Positions 1 through 8,897 of a DNA stretch of 64,000 nt are shown piece after piece. The DNA is taken from positions 32,001 through 96,000 of the forward strand of contig CAVTCR010000060.1 of the NCBI GenBank assembly GCA_963733195.1. The letters run 5' to 3'. The position numbers were made by a program, and so were the translations under genes. How positions within the stretch are numbered: position 1 is the first letter of the stretch; every line of letters starts with the position of its first letter. Below the pieces are notes generated by a model. It was not told the origin of the DNA and did no database searches. It saw nothing but the letters and a program-made list of their open reading frames with translations. Source of the stretch: an uncultured delta proteobacterium (lineage in GTDB: Bacteria > Desulfobacterota > Binatia > Bin18).

Positions 1-528
1 TTCTAACTCGACGAGTCGAGCAAGATATACGAGCGCCGTTTCATATTCACCGCGCTGGTAGTGAAGGTGTGCTAAGGAACGATTAGAGGCTACCTGAGTC
101 GGATCAATTTCCAAAAGGCGTCGATGCCAATCAGCAGCCTCTGTGTCAGCATGGCGTTTTTCACACAGCCGCGCTAACAATCCCATGGACGCAACATCAT
201 CAGGTCGTACCTGGAGAGCCTCTGTCACATACGTAACCGCAGTCTGGTCTTCGTTTCTTCTTTCACAAATCTTCGCTAACAAGCGCCACAGATTCGCGTC
301 ACGCTGTTGCCCAGCTTCCTTGACCAGGTTGTTCATCAATTGAGGCTGGATTTGCAAGAGCATCGGAGTGTCCAGAAGTTCCGCCTCAAGTTCTGGGGTC
401 CATCCGGTTTTTTGTATTTCTTCAAGAATAGCTTCCGGCGGGCGAGCAGACTGCTCCGATCTTTTTGCCGGTTTCTCTTCCCTTCCAGGAGCCTTTCGTG
501 AAAGCCGCACTGATTCTACGTTCGCCAT
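1..528 (-). CDS. Tetratricopeptide-repeat protein, N-terminal part (continues past the window start)
   Basis: Translated by hand: open frame from ATG 528 (purine-rich SD-like run upstream) to position 1; TPR-like helices AADWHRRLLEIDPTQVASNRSLAHLHYQRGEYETALVYLARL. Absent from the ORF track because there is no stop in the window. Confidence 0.75.
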   Translation of the reverse strand, partial: MANVESVRLSRKAPGREEKPAKRSEQSARPPEAILEEIQKTGWTPELEAELLDTPMLLQIQPQLMNNLVKEAGQQRDANLWRLLAKICERRNEDQTAVTYVTEALQVRPDDVASMGLLARLCEKRHADTEAADWHRRLLEIDPTQVASNRSLAHLHYQRGEYETALVYLARLVELE

Positions 529-915
529 GACATTTCTCTCTTTCCCACAGGACAAGGAGAAAAGACGTCCCTTCAGTTCCTAGAACTTATTGGGTCCTGC
601 AATTATCGCAGTGAATTGACGGCTTCCCCTTTTTCTCGATGCCCACCAACCACACCGAGACCCCCAAGTTTTGGAAAATACCATTCACGGACAAACTACT
701 GAGACAGACGCTTAGTTTACCATAGAATTTTTCTATAAGGGCTAGCTGAAGTCCATCTGTGGCAGCAGACTCCGCAAGAATCATACTTGAGTCACTCTAG
801 GAGCGAGTTCTCTTACTGAAGCCCTCGCTTTTGAGCGAGAAAGCCCTGCGTGCGCGCGGGATTCTAGAGCTATTCTTCTTCGAGAAGGGGAAACGAACAC
901 AGATGGGAAGGAATC

Positions 916-940
916 GGGGCGTGTGGTCACACGCCCCTAC
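916..940. repeat. GTAG-type REP-like palindrome; possible terminator of the cyclase gene
   Basis: GGGGCGTGTG-GT-CACACGCCCC-TAC: perfect 10-bp stem; the minus strand begins with GTAG. Confidence 0.6.
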
Positions 941-961
941 AAGGACGGGATTAGTGCATCG

Positions 962-1915
962 CTACTTAATCGCTTGTGGATTCACTGGCGATCCCACTGC
1001 TCCGGTAATAGGTAGCGGAGGAGCAACGAACATGAACTCGTACACACTGTCTTTCGCACAATCGGCGGCAATGCCTTCAAGATCAAAAATCTCACCGACC
1101 AGCATCCCGGCATGAACAATGAGAATGATGTGCAACGGCTGGAATACCTCGGGGGTTTCGTTTGGCAGGACTTCTGTACCCCAGGTATCGGTTGCGTAGC
1201 CAGCCACTTGTTTTTCGCATAGCCACGCAGCACAGGAAACACCCAAGCCCGGCGCCGAGCCGCCACTGTAATCTCCCCAACTCCCGCGAGAACGAACCTG
1301 AGCAATCTGGCCGGTGCGAATGATTACAATATCGCCTTTTCCGACGCTGACTTTTTCCATTGCAGCGGCACCATCAAGGTCAGCCGGATAAATTGCCTCT
1401 CCTGGCTCGAGCCATTGCTTCCCTTTGTAGCGCGGAATGTCGAGGAGGACACCACGAGTGATAATTTTATTCGTCGCGTTCTCGATGCCATTTTTCTTTG
1501 CGCCCGAGCTGGTGACCTCGGCAGCGGAATAGCCATTGTACATCTTATTCTCGTACATGATGTGTGACAGCGCATCCCACTGGGTTGCACATTGTAAGGG
1601 CATTGTCACAGCATCATCAGCATAACGAATATTGGGCAGGTGATTCTGCGCACCGGCAACGACATCACAGCCATCCTGCAGCATGAAGTGGATCGGATTG
1701 AAGCGCCCGAATGATCCCGTCTGCGGACCTTTGTCATCAAAAGGGATAGCAAGGGAAATCGACTTCCCTTGCTTGACCAGCTTCGCTGCTTCAACAACTT
1801 TTTCCGGCGTAATGTAATTAAGCGTCCCGAGTTGATCGTTCGGTCCCCATTTGCCCCAGTTTTTATACTTCTCCGACAGCACTTGTACATCTTTCATGGT
1901 GTATTTTTCTGGCAT
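962..1915 (-). CDS. Cyclase family (kynurenine formamidase-like) metal-dependent hydrolase
   Basis: NWGKWGPNDQLGTLN, QCATQWDALSH, GDIVIIRTG and GAVGSPVNP motifs; start set at MPEKY (SD AGGAG). Confidence 0.85.
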   Translation of the reverse strand: MPEKYTMKDVQVLSEKYKNWGKWGPNDQLGTLNYITPEKVVEAAKLVKQGKSISLAIPFDDKGPQTGSFGRFNPIHFMLQDGCDVVAGAQNHLPNIRYADDAVTMPLQCATQWDALSHIMYENKMYNGYSAAEVTSSGAKKNGIENATNKIITRGVLLDIPRYKGKQWLEPGEAIYPADLDGAAAMEKVSVGKGDIVIIRTGQIAQVRSRGSWGDYSGGSAPGLGVSCAAWLCEKQVAGYATDTWGTEVLPNETPEVFQPLHIILIVHAGMLVGEIFDLEGIAADCAKDSVYEFMFVAPPLPITGAVGSPVNPQAIK

Positions 1916-1962
1916 ATCGTGTCTCCTTCTCGCCTCGTCTTTCCATATCCATCTGTTGTTCG

Positions 1963-2952
1963 TCAACTACGGGTTTCAGAACCGAGGGTCAGGCCAGGCG
2001 CGAGTGAATATCCGCGGAGGAACTCCTCGATAGGGAGACGTTTTTTCCCTTCAAGTTGCACCTCTGTCAGTGCCAAAGCCTCAGCGCCAGTGGCAACCAC
2101 GAGACTCACAGGAGTGATCTCAGTAATCGTGCCAGGAGCAGCTGAAGAATGACGGGAGTGCGATTCCACGTGGGCAGCAAAAATTTTTAACAGTTTCCCG
2201 TTCACGGTAGTGTAGGCTGATGGCCATGGGTTAAACGCGCGAATGTGCCGCTCGATAACTATCGCCTCTCGACTCCAGTCAATGCGGCCATCCTCTTTCT
2301 TAATGAGTGGCGCATAGGTCGCGTCGGCCTCGTTTTGCGGACGGGCGACCAACTGCCCCTGTTTCAATAAACGAAGCGCTTCACCTAGGGTGTCGGCACC
2401 AAACTGTGCAAGTTTGTCGTGGAGCGAACCGCCGGTATCATCAGGAGCGATAGGAATCGCCTTTTGCAGGAGCATATCACCAGAGTCCATACGTTCGCTA
2501 ATGCGCATGATGGTGATGCCGGTTTCCGTCTCTCCGCGTGCAATCGCCCATTGGATCGGACCAGCGCCACGATACTTTGGTAAGAGCGAAGCATGCACGT
2601 TGATACAACCGAGGGGAGGCAGGTCGAGAATAGCATTCGGAAGGATCTTACCGTATGCAGCAACGATGATCAGATCAGGGTGCCACACGTGGAGTTGTTC
2701 CAGTACGCCAGGAACACGTAACTTCGCTGGCTGGAACACTGGAATACCACGTGAAGCTGCCAGCAGCTTCACTGGTGGTGCACGCATAGCCATACCGCGA
2801 CCGGAAGGTTGGTCGGGCTGGGTCATCACTCCAACGACGATGTCCTCTCCAGCGAGAAGTTTTTGCAACGAGGGTACGGCAAAGTCCGGCGTGCCCATAA
2901 AAACGACGCGTAGGAGTTGGGAGTTGGGAGTTGGGAGTTGGTAAGAGGACAT
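1963..2952 (-). CDS. fmt: Methionyl-tRNA formyltransferase
   Basis: VVFMGTPDFA, INVHASLLPKYRGAGP, RAFNPWP; adjacent to def. Confidence 0.95.
   Translation of the reverse strand: MSSYQLPTPNSQLLRVVFMGTPDFAVPSLQKLLAGEDIVVGVMTQPDQPSGRGMAMRAPPVKLLAASRGIPVFQPAKLRVPGVLEQLHVWHPDLIIVAAYGKILPNAILDLPPLGCINVHASLLPKYRGAGPIQWAIARGETETGITIMRISERMDSGDMLLQKAIPIAPDDTGGSLHDKLAQFGADTLGEALRLLKQGQLVARPQNEADATYAPLIKKEDGRIDWSREAIVIERHIRAFNPWPSAYTTVNGKLLKIFAAHVESHSRHSSAAPGTITEITPVSLVVATGAEALALTEVQLEGKKRLPIEEFLRGYSLAPGLTLGSETRS
2913..2940. repeat. Heptamer tandem repeat (GGAGTTG)x4 inside the fmt 5' end
   Basis: Four exact copies read directly from the sequence. Confidence 0.9.
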
Positions 2953-3025
2953 TTTCAGTGGAAGCTAATGGGTTAGGGGTCGGAGCTGAGATTCTTGCTT
3001 TCTCCCAACTCCTACCGCTCTATTC

Positions 3026-3568
3026 CTAAATCCCAGGAGTCCCTTTACGAGAAGGTTCGAGTGGCCGACCTTCGCGCAGTAGCTTTTTCACTCGTCGTGC
3101 GTAGAGTTCCTTCTTCAAACGACTGATACGATCAATGAACAGTTTCCCATCAAGGTGGTCAAGTTCATGCTGAAGCGCAACGGCGAAGAGATCTTCGGCT
3201 TGTAATGTGATTTCCTTTTCATCGGGAGTCCAGGCTTTGACCTCAATTTTTGCTGCACGCTTTACTTCTGCGGTGTAATCCACCACGCTCAAGCAGCCCT
3301 CTTCCCAAATCACTTCTCCTTCACGGGCGGTGATAACTGGATTAATGAGTTTGACGAGTTCTTTTCCGGGCTCTTCATGGTTGACGTCAAGCACAACAAT
3401 GCGTTGCGGAATGCCAAGCTGAACGGCTGCGAGCCCGATGCCAGGAGCATCGTACATCGTCTGTACCATGTCATCGACCAATTGCGCGAGATTGCCAGTA
3501 ATATTAGCTACCGGTCCGGAGTTCTGCTTGAGGCGGGGGTCAGGATAATGAAGAATTTCTCTGATCAT
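3026..3568 (-). CDS. def: Peptide deformylase
   Basis: GIGLAAVQ, EGCLS and QHELDHLDG motifs; start MIREILHYPD. Confidence 0.95.
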   Translation of the reverse strand: MIREILHYPDPRLKQNSGPVANITGNLAQLVDDMVQTMYDAPGIGLAAVQLGIPQRIVVLDVNHEEPGKELVKLINPVITAREGEVIWEEGCLSVVDYTAEVKRAAKIEVKAWTPDEKEITLQAEDLFAVALQHELDHLDGKLFIDRISRLKKELYARRVKKLLREGRPLEPSRKGTPGI

Positions 3569-3575
3569 GGTTGAC

Positions 3576-5909
3576 CTATAACATGTCGTATGGATCGACA
3601 TCAACGACGAGGCGCACCCCTGCAGAGCGGCTCTTTGCGCGCAATAGTTCCGCGGTTTTTCTCACGACAGCATGCAACGTGCGGCGGTCTTCGCCTTTCA
3701 CCAGCACTTGCCAACGCTCTCGTCCATTCAGGCGTTCAAGGGGCGCAGGAGCAGGGCCAAGAATAATAGGCATATTTTTTTGTACGTCGCGTATGTTCGC
3801 AACTAAACTTTCGGCGACATTCTCTGCATAGGCCTTCACTTTTTCTCCGTCCCGTCCCTCACAGCGAATACACACCATACGCGTAAATGGGGGATAACCG
3901 AGCTGCTTGCGATAGCGCAGTTCCTGGGTCGCAAAGTGAGTGAAATTCTGTCGTGCGGCAAATCGCACACTGTAGTGCTCCGGTAGATATGTCTGGATGA
4001 TCACACGTCCACTTTCTGTCCCACGACCCGCACGACCCGCAACCTGAGTTAAGACTTGAAACGTCCGCTCTGCTGCACGGAAGTCAGGAAAATGGAGCGA
4101 GCTATCGGCGCGTAATACGCCGACCAACGTCACCCCGGGAACATCGTGCCCCTTCGCAACCATCTGTGTTCCAATGAGAATATCCAAGTCATGCACCCGC
4201 CACGCTTTGATGACACGGTTGAGAGCTCCACGACGACTAACGCTATCACGATCTAGTCGCGCAGTTCTGGCTTCAGGAAGAAAACTCTGCAGTGCCTCCT
4301 CCACTTGTTCAGTGCCAAATCCCGAACCTTGGAGAGAAGGTTCGCGACACGTGGGACACTGATCAAATGCTGGCTGTGCAAACCCACAGTAATGACAACG
4401 GAGCAGTCGCCCCTTGAGATGAAAGGTGAGCGTAACACTACACTGCTTGCAAGTGACAACTTCTCCACACAGCCGACACTGTAGATAGTTGGCATAACCA
4501 CGGCGATTCACGAACAGCAGACTTTGCTTGTGTGCATGATAATTTTCTACCAACTCCTGCTTGAGGAGGGCAGAAAAAATTGCATCCCCACCTTTGCTTC
4601 TGCTTTCTTTCCGCAGGTCAACAACTTCAATCACCGGCAACGGGCGGGATTCGACTCGCTCAGGCAGCGTCAGAATTGAATAACGCGCGGTTTGTCCGTT
4701 CACGTAACTTTCAAGTGACGGAGTGGCCGAACCAAGAACCACAGGACAAGAAGCGAGCTGCCCACGCATAACCGCAAGGTCTCGTGCGTTATAGCGCACC
4801 CCATCTTGTTGTTTGTAAGCAGTATCATGCTCTTCATCGACAATCACAAGTCCGAGCTGCTGCATCGGCGCAAAGACAGCTGAGCGAACACCGACCACAA
4901 CGCGGGCTTCTCCTCGTGCAATGCGTCGCCATTCAGCCCAACGCGCGCTCGCAACAAGGCCACTGTGCAACACTGCCACCTGTGAACCAAAGCGCTGTTC
5001 GACTTCCTCGACCAACTGCGAAGTCAAGGCAATTTCCGGCACTAACAGGAGTACGCTTTTCTCCAAGGCCACGGCCTGTTGCGCGGCACGTAAGTAGACC
5101 TCGGTCTTGCCGCTTCCTGTTACTCCATGCAAAAGGAACGTCCGAAAGAGTACGTTTTTCAGAGCGACGTTAATCTCCTGCAACGCGTACACTTGAGACG
5201 CAGAAAGAGCGAGAGCGCTCTTAGTGTTCGTCACTTCACGAGAAGACATCTCATCGGTTACCTGTCCCAACGAAGTACGCCTTCGTCGAGGAAGGTGTTC
5301 TTTCACTTCCACAAGGCCCCCAGCTTCAAGGCGTTGTAGGACTTTGCTGAGAGAAAGAGTTGGGAACTTCTGCTTCAGTGTCTTCGTCGTCACTCGTGTC
5401 TTCTGACGAAGGAATGTAAGAATCTCTTCTTCACTCCGAGAGAGCACAGTAAGTGCTGCTTCATCACGTTGAATGATGGGTTCTTCCGCAATCGTAATCT
5501 GTGGTATTCTTCCTCCCTTTTCTTTTTTCAGCTTTACTACCTGAGCACTTTCACTTCGCAGTCCACTCGGCAATATTGTACTCAGCATCTCTCCTGCCGA
5601 TGTAAGGTAATAATGCGAAGCCCATTTCCATAGACGAATCATGTCCTCAGAGAAAACAATATCTTCTTCTAATATACCAAGAATATCCTTTATGTTTTTT
5701 TCTGAAGCAGCATCAGCGGAGGAGGAAATTGACGTAACTATTCCCGTTACTTTTCGCTTGTTTACAGAAACAATTACACATGCCCCTGGAACTATTCGAC
5801 AAACAAGTGTATCTGGGACACGATATGTCAATTCTTCAAGAGAAGTTGTGGAAAAAGAGAGTGCTACTGAGGCAAAAACTGGGGGAGAAGACTTTTCCGA
5901 ATTTAACAT
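3576..5909 (-). CDS. priA: Primosomal protein N'
   Basis: GVTGSGKTEVY, DEEHD, Cys-rich zinc region, GTQMVAKGHD, QVAGRAGR, VDVDP. Confidence 0.95.
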   Translation of the reverse strand: MLNSEKSSPPVFASVALSFSTTSLEELTYRVPDTLVCRIVPGACVIVSVNKRKVTGIVTSISSSADAASEKNIKDILGILEEDIVFSEDMIRLWKWASHYYLTSAGEMLSTILPSGLRSESAQVVKLKKEKGGRIPQITIAEEPIIQRDEAALTVLSRSEEEILTFLRQKTRVTTKTLKQKFPTLSLSKVLQRLEAGGLVEVKEHLPRRRRTSLGQVTDEMSSREVTNTKSALALSASQVYALQEINVALKNVLFRTFLLHGVTGSGKTEVYLRAAQQAVALEKSVLLLVPEIALTSQLVEEVEQRFGSQVAVLHSGLVASARWAEWRRIARGEARVVVGVRSAVFAPMQQLGLVIVDEEHDTAYKQQDGVRYNARDLAVMRGQLASCPVVLGSATPSLESYVNGQTARYSILTLPERVESRPLPVIEVVDLRKESRSKGGDAIFSALLKQELVENYHAHKQSLLFVNRRGYANYLQCRLCGEVVTCKQCSVTLTFHLKGRLLRCHYCGFAQPAFDQCPTCREPSLQGSGFGTEQVEEALQSFLPEARTARLDRDSVSRRGALNRVIKAWRVHDLDILIGTQMVAKGHDVPGVTLVGVLRADSSLHFPDFRAAERTFQVLTQVAGRAGRGTESGRVIIQTYLPEHYSVRFAARQNFTHFATQELRYRKQLGYPPFTRMVCIRCEGRDGEKVKAYAENVAESLVANIRDVQKNMPIILGPAPAPLERLNGRERWQVLVKGEDRRTLHAVVRKTAELLRAKSRSAGVRLVVDVDPYDML

Positions 5910-5938
5910 TTGACAAATTGGTTTTCGTATTGCATAGT
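5910..5938 (+). promoter_or_regulatory. Putative sigma70 promoter of pilM
   Basis: TTGACA-N17-CATAGT; the -10 match is weak. Confidence 0.4.
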
Positions 5939-5974
5939 AAGTAGTCGAAATACATTGATTGTTGATATACGAAT

Positions 5975-7066
5975 ATGGCGACTTCAGGAAACAGTATTAT
6001 CAGCTCTCTTACTTCTCTCCTTCCATTCGGAGATAAAAGTTATCTGACCCTCGACATTGGTTCAAGTTCAGTCAAGATGCTCGAAGTAAAAGGGAGGGGG
6101 CGATCTTTACGTGTGCTAAAGGCTGGCATTATGCCAATTGCTGCAAACGCTGTGCAAGGGAATATTGTCCAGAGCCCTGGAAGTGTTGCAGATGCCATTC
6201 GCACGTTGATTGAAGATCACGAAATTAAGACAAAAAATGTCATAACCTCGGTCCCCGGTCCGTCAGTCATCATCAAGCGGGCGAATTTTCCAGCTCAAGA
6301 TCCTAGAGAACTCCAAGAAACAATTCTTTTCGAGGCAGGGAATTTCATTCCAGAAAGCCTCGAGAACGTCAATCTCGACTACCAGGTCCTTACCCCAGAA
6401 GTGAAGGTCGATAATGTTGAAGTATTGTTAGTGGCAGTTAGAAAAGACGTCATCAACAGCTATGTTGACTCAATCAATGAAGCTGGCCTCATCCCTGTTG
6501 TAGCTGATGTTGATTACTTCGCTTTAGAAAACATGTTTGAAATTAATTATATTAAAGAGCCTGACGAAATTGTCGCTCTTATCAACATTGGCGCGCATTA
6601 CTCCCTCATTAATGTCATGAAGGGAGGACGATCTGCATTCACAGGCGATGTGCCTTTTGGTGGTCAGCAGTTCACCGATATTCTTTCTAGAGAATTGGGA
6701 GTTAGTTCAACGCAAGCTGAAGACGCAAAGATCAATGGCATTCTAGCCGGCCACAGTTCAGAGAGCGTTGAACGGATTATTTCTTCAGCCTCTGAGCAAC
6801 TGTTTGATGAAATACAGCATGCCCTCAGTTTTTTTGGCTCAGGCTCGACAGAGGAACAGGTTAGCACAATCTACCTTAGTGGCGGAACAGCGCAACTGCC
6901 TGGATTAGCTGCAAATATGAGCCAAAAACTCAGTATTCCTGTTGAAGTATCTGACCCTTTTCGTCATGTGAGCATTAACAGCCAAGATGAAGAATTTGTT
7001 CGCCAAAACGCGTCGAGTTTTGCTGTTAGTGTTGGCTTAGCTACGAGGAGACCCGGAGACCGATGA
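5975..7066 (+). CDS. pilM: Type IV pilus assembly protein PilM
   Basis: LDIGSSSVK actin-like motif, VLLVAVRK, LSGGTA; first gene of pilMNOPQ. Confidence 0.92.
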   Translation: MATSGNSIISSLTSLLPFGDKSYLTLDIGSSSVKMLEVKGRGRSLRVLKAGIMPIAANAVQGNIVQSPGSVADAIRTLIEDHEIKTKNVITSVPGPSVIIKRANFPAQDPRELQETILFEAGNFIPESLENVNLDYQVLTPEVKVDNVEVLLVAVRKDVINSYVDSINEAGLIPVVADVDYFALENMFEINYIKEPDEIVALINIGAHYSLINVMKGGRSAFTGDVPFGGQQFTDILSRELGVSSTQAEDAKINGILAGHSSESVERIISSASEQLFDEIQHALSFFGSGSTEEQVSTIYLSGGTAQLPGLAANMSQKLSIPVEVSDPFRHVSINSQDEEFVRQNASSFAVSVGLATRRPGDR

Positions 7067-7752
7067 TCCGTATTAACCTCATATCAGCAAGGGAAGCTGA
7101 ACAAGCTACCTCTCGTAGAACAGAGGTCATTTTCCTTAGCCTCGGCATTGCCGCGTTGCTTGGCGCCCTTGCATGGACGCACCTCGGCACCCAAAGCGAA
7201 TTACAGACGGCTACCACAAATGTAGAAAAGCTAGAAGTCGATGTAGAAACGATTCGTAGGCAAAATCAAGAAGTTGAAAGACTCGAGCAACAAAAGATTG
7301 ATGTCGAAAAGAAACTGACAGTTGTCCGACTGCTAACTTCAGCTGAGCGGCGTTCGGCATCAGTCCATATTCTTGACGATCTGAGCTCAAGCACTCCAGA
7401 GTATCTTTGGCTGACGGATTTCACTGAAGTCAAAGGAGCAGCAAAGATAAACGGGAGAGCTGTGGACAACCAGACGATTGCGTCTTTTGCGCGTGACTTG
7501 TCGCGGTCGAAATATTTTCAGAAAGTTGAGATTCGCGAGACAGCTCAAGAAGACCCAACAACTCAGCGCTCACCTCGGGGTTCGCTGAATCAACAAGGAG
7601 GCGCTAATCCTCCAATTCCGGTGAAGCGGTTTCTCATTGAAGCTGCAGTTAACTACATTCCGATAACAAAAAAAGTGACCGAATCTGAAACTACAACTAG
7701 AGACATTTCGGGCACGAGCGAGACTGGCCAAAAAACCGAGGGAGGAGAGTAA
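7063..7752 (+). CDS. pilN: Type IV pilus assembly protein PilN
   Basis: MIRINL motif, TM segment and coiled coil; operon position. Confidence 0.88.
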   Translation: MIRINLISAREAEQATSRRTEVIFLSLGIAALLGALAWTHLGTQSELQTATTNVEKLEVDVETIRRQNQEVERLEQQKIDVEKKLTVVRLLTSAERRSASVHILDDLSSSTPEYLWLTDFTEVKGAAKINGRAVDNQTIASFARDLSRSKYFQKVEIRETAQEDPTTQRSPRGSLNQQGGANPPIPVKRFLIEAAVNYIPITKKVTESETTTRDISGTSETGQKTEGGE

Positions 7753-7755
7753 GAG

Positions 7756-8379
7756 ATGGATCGATTCTTTGAACTTCCCCTCAGCCGGCGAATACTTGTC
7801 TATGGAATGGTTTTTCTTCTGCTCGCAGTCCTGTACTGGTATTTCTTTTATCAACCAGTAGTCGCACAAATTGAAGAAAAGCTGAATCGTCAAAGTGAAC
7901 TTGAAGCTGAGCAAACCAAACTCAAGAGCACTCTGAAGGATCGAAAAAAACTGAGCGAAGATATTGCTGAAATTGAGGCACGTTTTAAAGAAGCGACGAC
8001 CCAGCTCCCGGAAGAAAAAGAAATTCCGGAATTACTTCGTCAGGTTTCCAATCTCGGCCGTGATTCAGGGTTAGAGATCACCCTTTTCCGTCAACAAGCA
8101 GAGACTCTACAAGATCTGCACGCAGAAGTGCCGGTCGAAATGGCAGTACGTGGGGGATACCATCAGATCGCCTTGTTTTTCGAAAAAGTGCGCCACCTCG
8201 ATCGGATTGTGAACATCAGTGATATCGGAATCAAAAATCCCCAGATGGTCGATGGTCGCTTACAAGTAGATGCTTCTTTTTTTGCAACGACCTATCGCTT
8301 CTTGACAGAAGAAGAACGAGCACGAATTGCAAAGCAAAAAGAAGAAGAAGCAAAGAAAAAAGGCGGGAATGGGTCATGA
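7756..8379 (+). CDS. pilO: Type IV pilus assembly protein PilO
   Basis: TM, coiled coil, QLPEEKEIPELL, GGYHQIALF, RIVNI, ATTYRF. Confidence 0.92.
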   Translation: MDRFFELPLSRRILVYGMVFLLLAVLYWYFFYQPVVAQIEEKLNRQSELEAEQTKLKSTLKDRKKLSEDIAEIEARFKEATTQLPEEKEIPELLRQVSNLGRDSGLEITLFRQQAETLQDLHAEVPVEMAVRGGYHQIALFFEKVRHLDRIVNISDIGIKNPQMVDGRLQVDASFFATTYRFLTEEERARIAKQKEEEAKKKGGNGS

Positions 8380-8876
8380 ACGCTACGCGTTCACCTCAAC
8401 ATTGGGCCAGTCTTGTTTGTCTGGGACTCTGCTTGTCCCTTTTTCAGCCGCGATCGATTCCTGTCGCACAGGCACAAGAGCGCAGCGCAGAAGAAAATTA
8501 TCGGTATGAACCCAGTGGAAAACGAGATCCATTCTTCTCACCCCTTCATCGGGTCACCGAAACAGCGCCGGTTCCAGATGAGGCAAAGACACCACTTCAG
8601 CGTTTAGACCTTGGACAATTTAAACTCGTGGGCGTCATCCTTGACACTAGTGAACCGAAAGCATTGATCGAGGATAATAGTGGCCTTGGTTATATCGTTA
8701 CGCGTGGCACCCTCATTGGGGCAAAAGGTGGGGTCATCAGAGCAATAGAATCTCGACGAGTTGTCGTCGAGGAATATGATGTCGATTTTTATGGCAAACG
8801 CCAATTGCACGAACGCGAACTGAACCTCACGGTTGCAGACGCGAGCATAGAAGGCGAAACGAACAGCGCTAAATAA
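8376..8876 (+). CDS. pilP: Type IV pilus assembly protein PilP
   Basis: GKRDPF and PLQRLDLGQFKLVGVI motifs. Confidence 0.88.
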   Translation: MNATRSPQHWASLVCLGLCLSLFQPRSIPVAQAQERSAEENYRYEPSGKRDPFFSPLHRVTETAPVPDEAKTPLQRLDLGQFKLVGVILDTSEPKALIEDNSGLGYIVTRGTLIGAKGGVIRAIESRRVVVEEYDVDFYGKRQLHERELNLTVADASIEGETNSAK

Positions 8877-8897
8877 AGACCGTGCGCGTAGCGCGTA

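Noticed and set aside
2160-2760. CACGTG-centred sites in fmt as extra parS
   Set aside because: Flanks do not match the TGTT/AACA arms of parS.
2913-2940. Possible CRISPR array
   Set aside because: Contiguous 7-mer repeats without spacers; no cas genes in the window.
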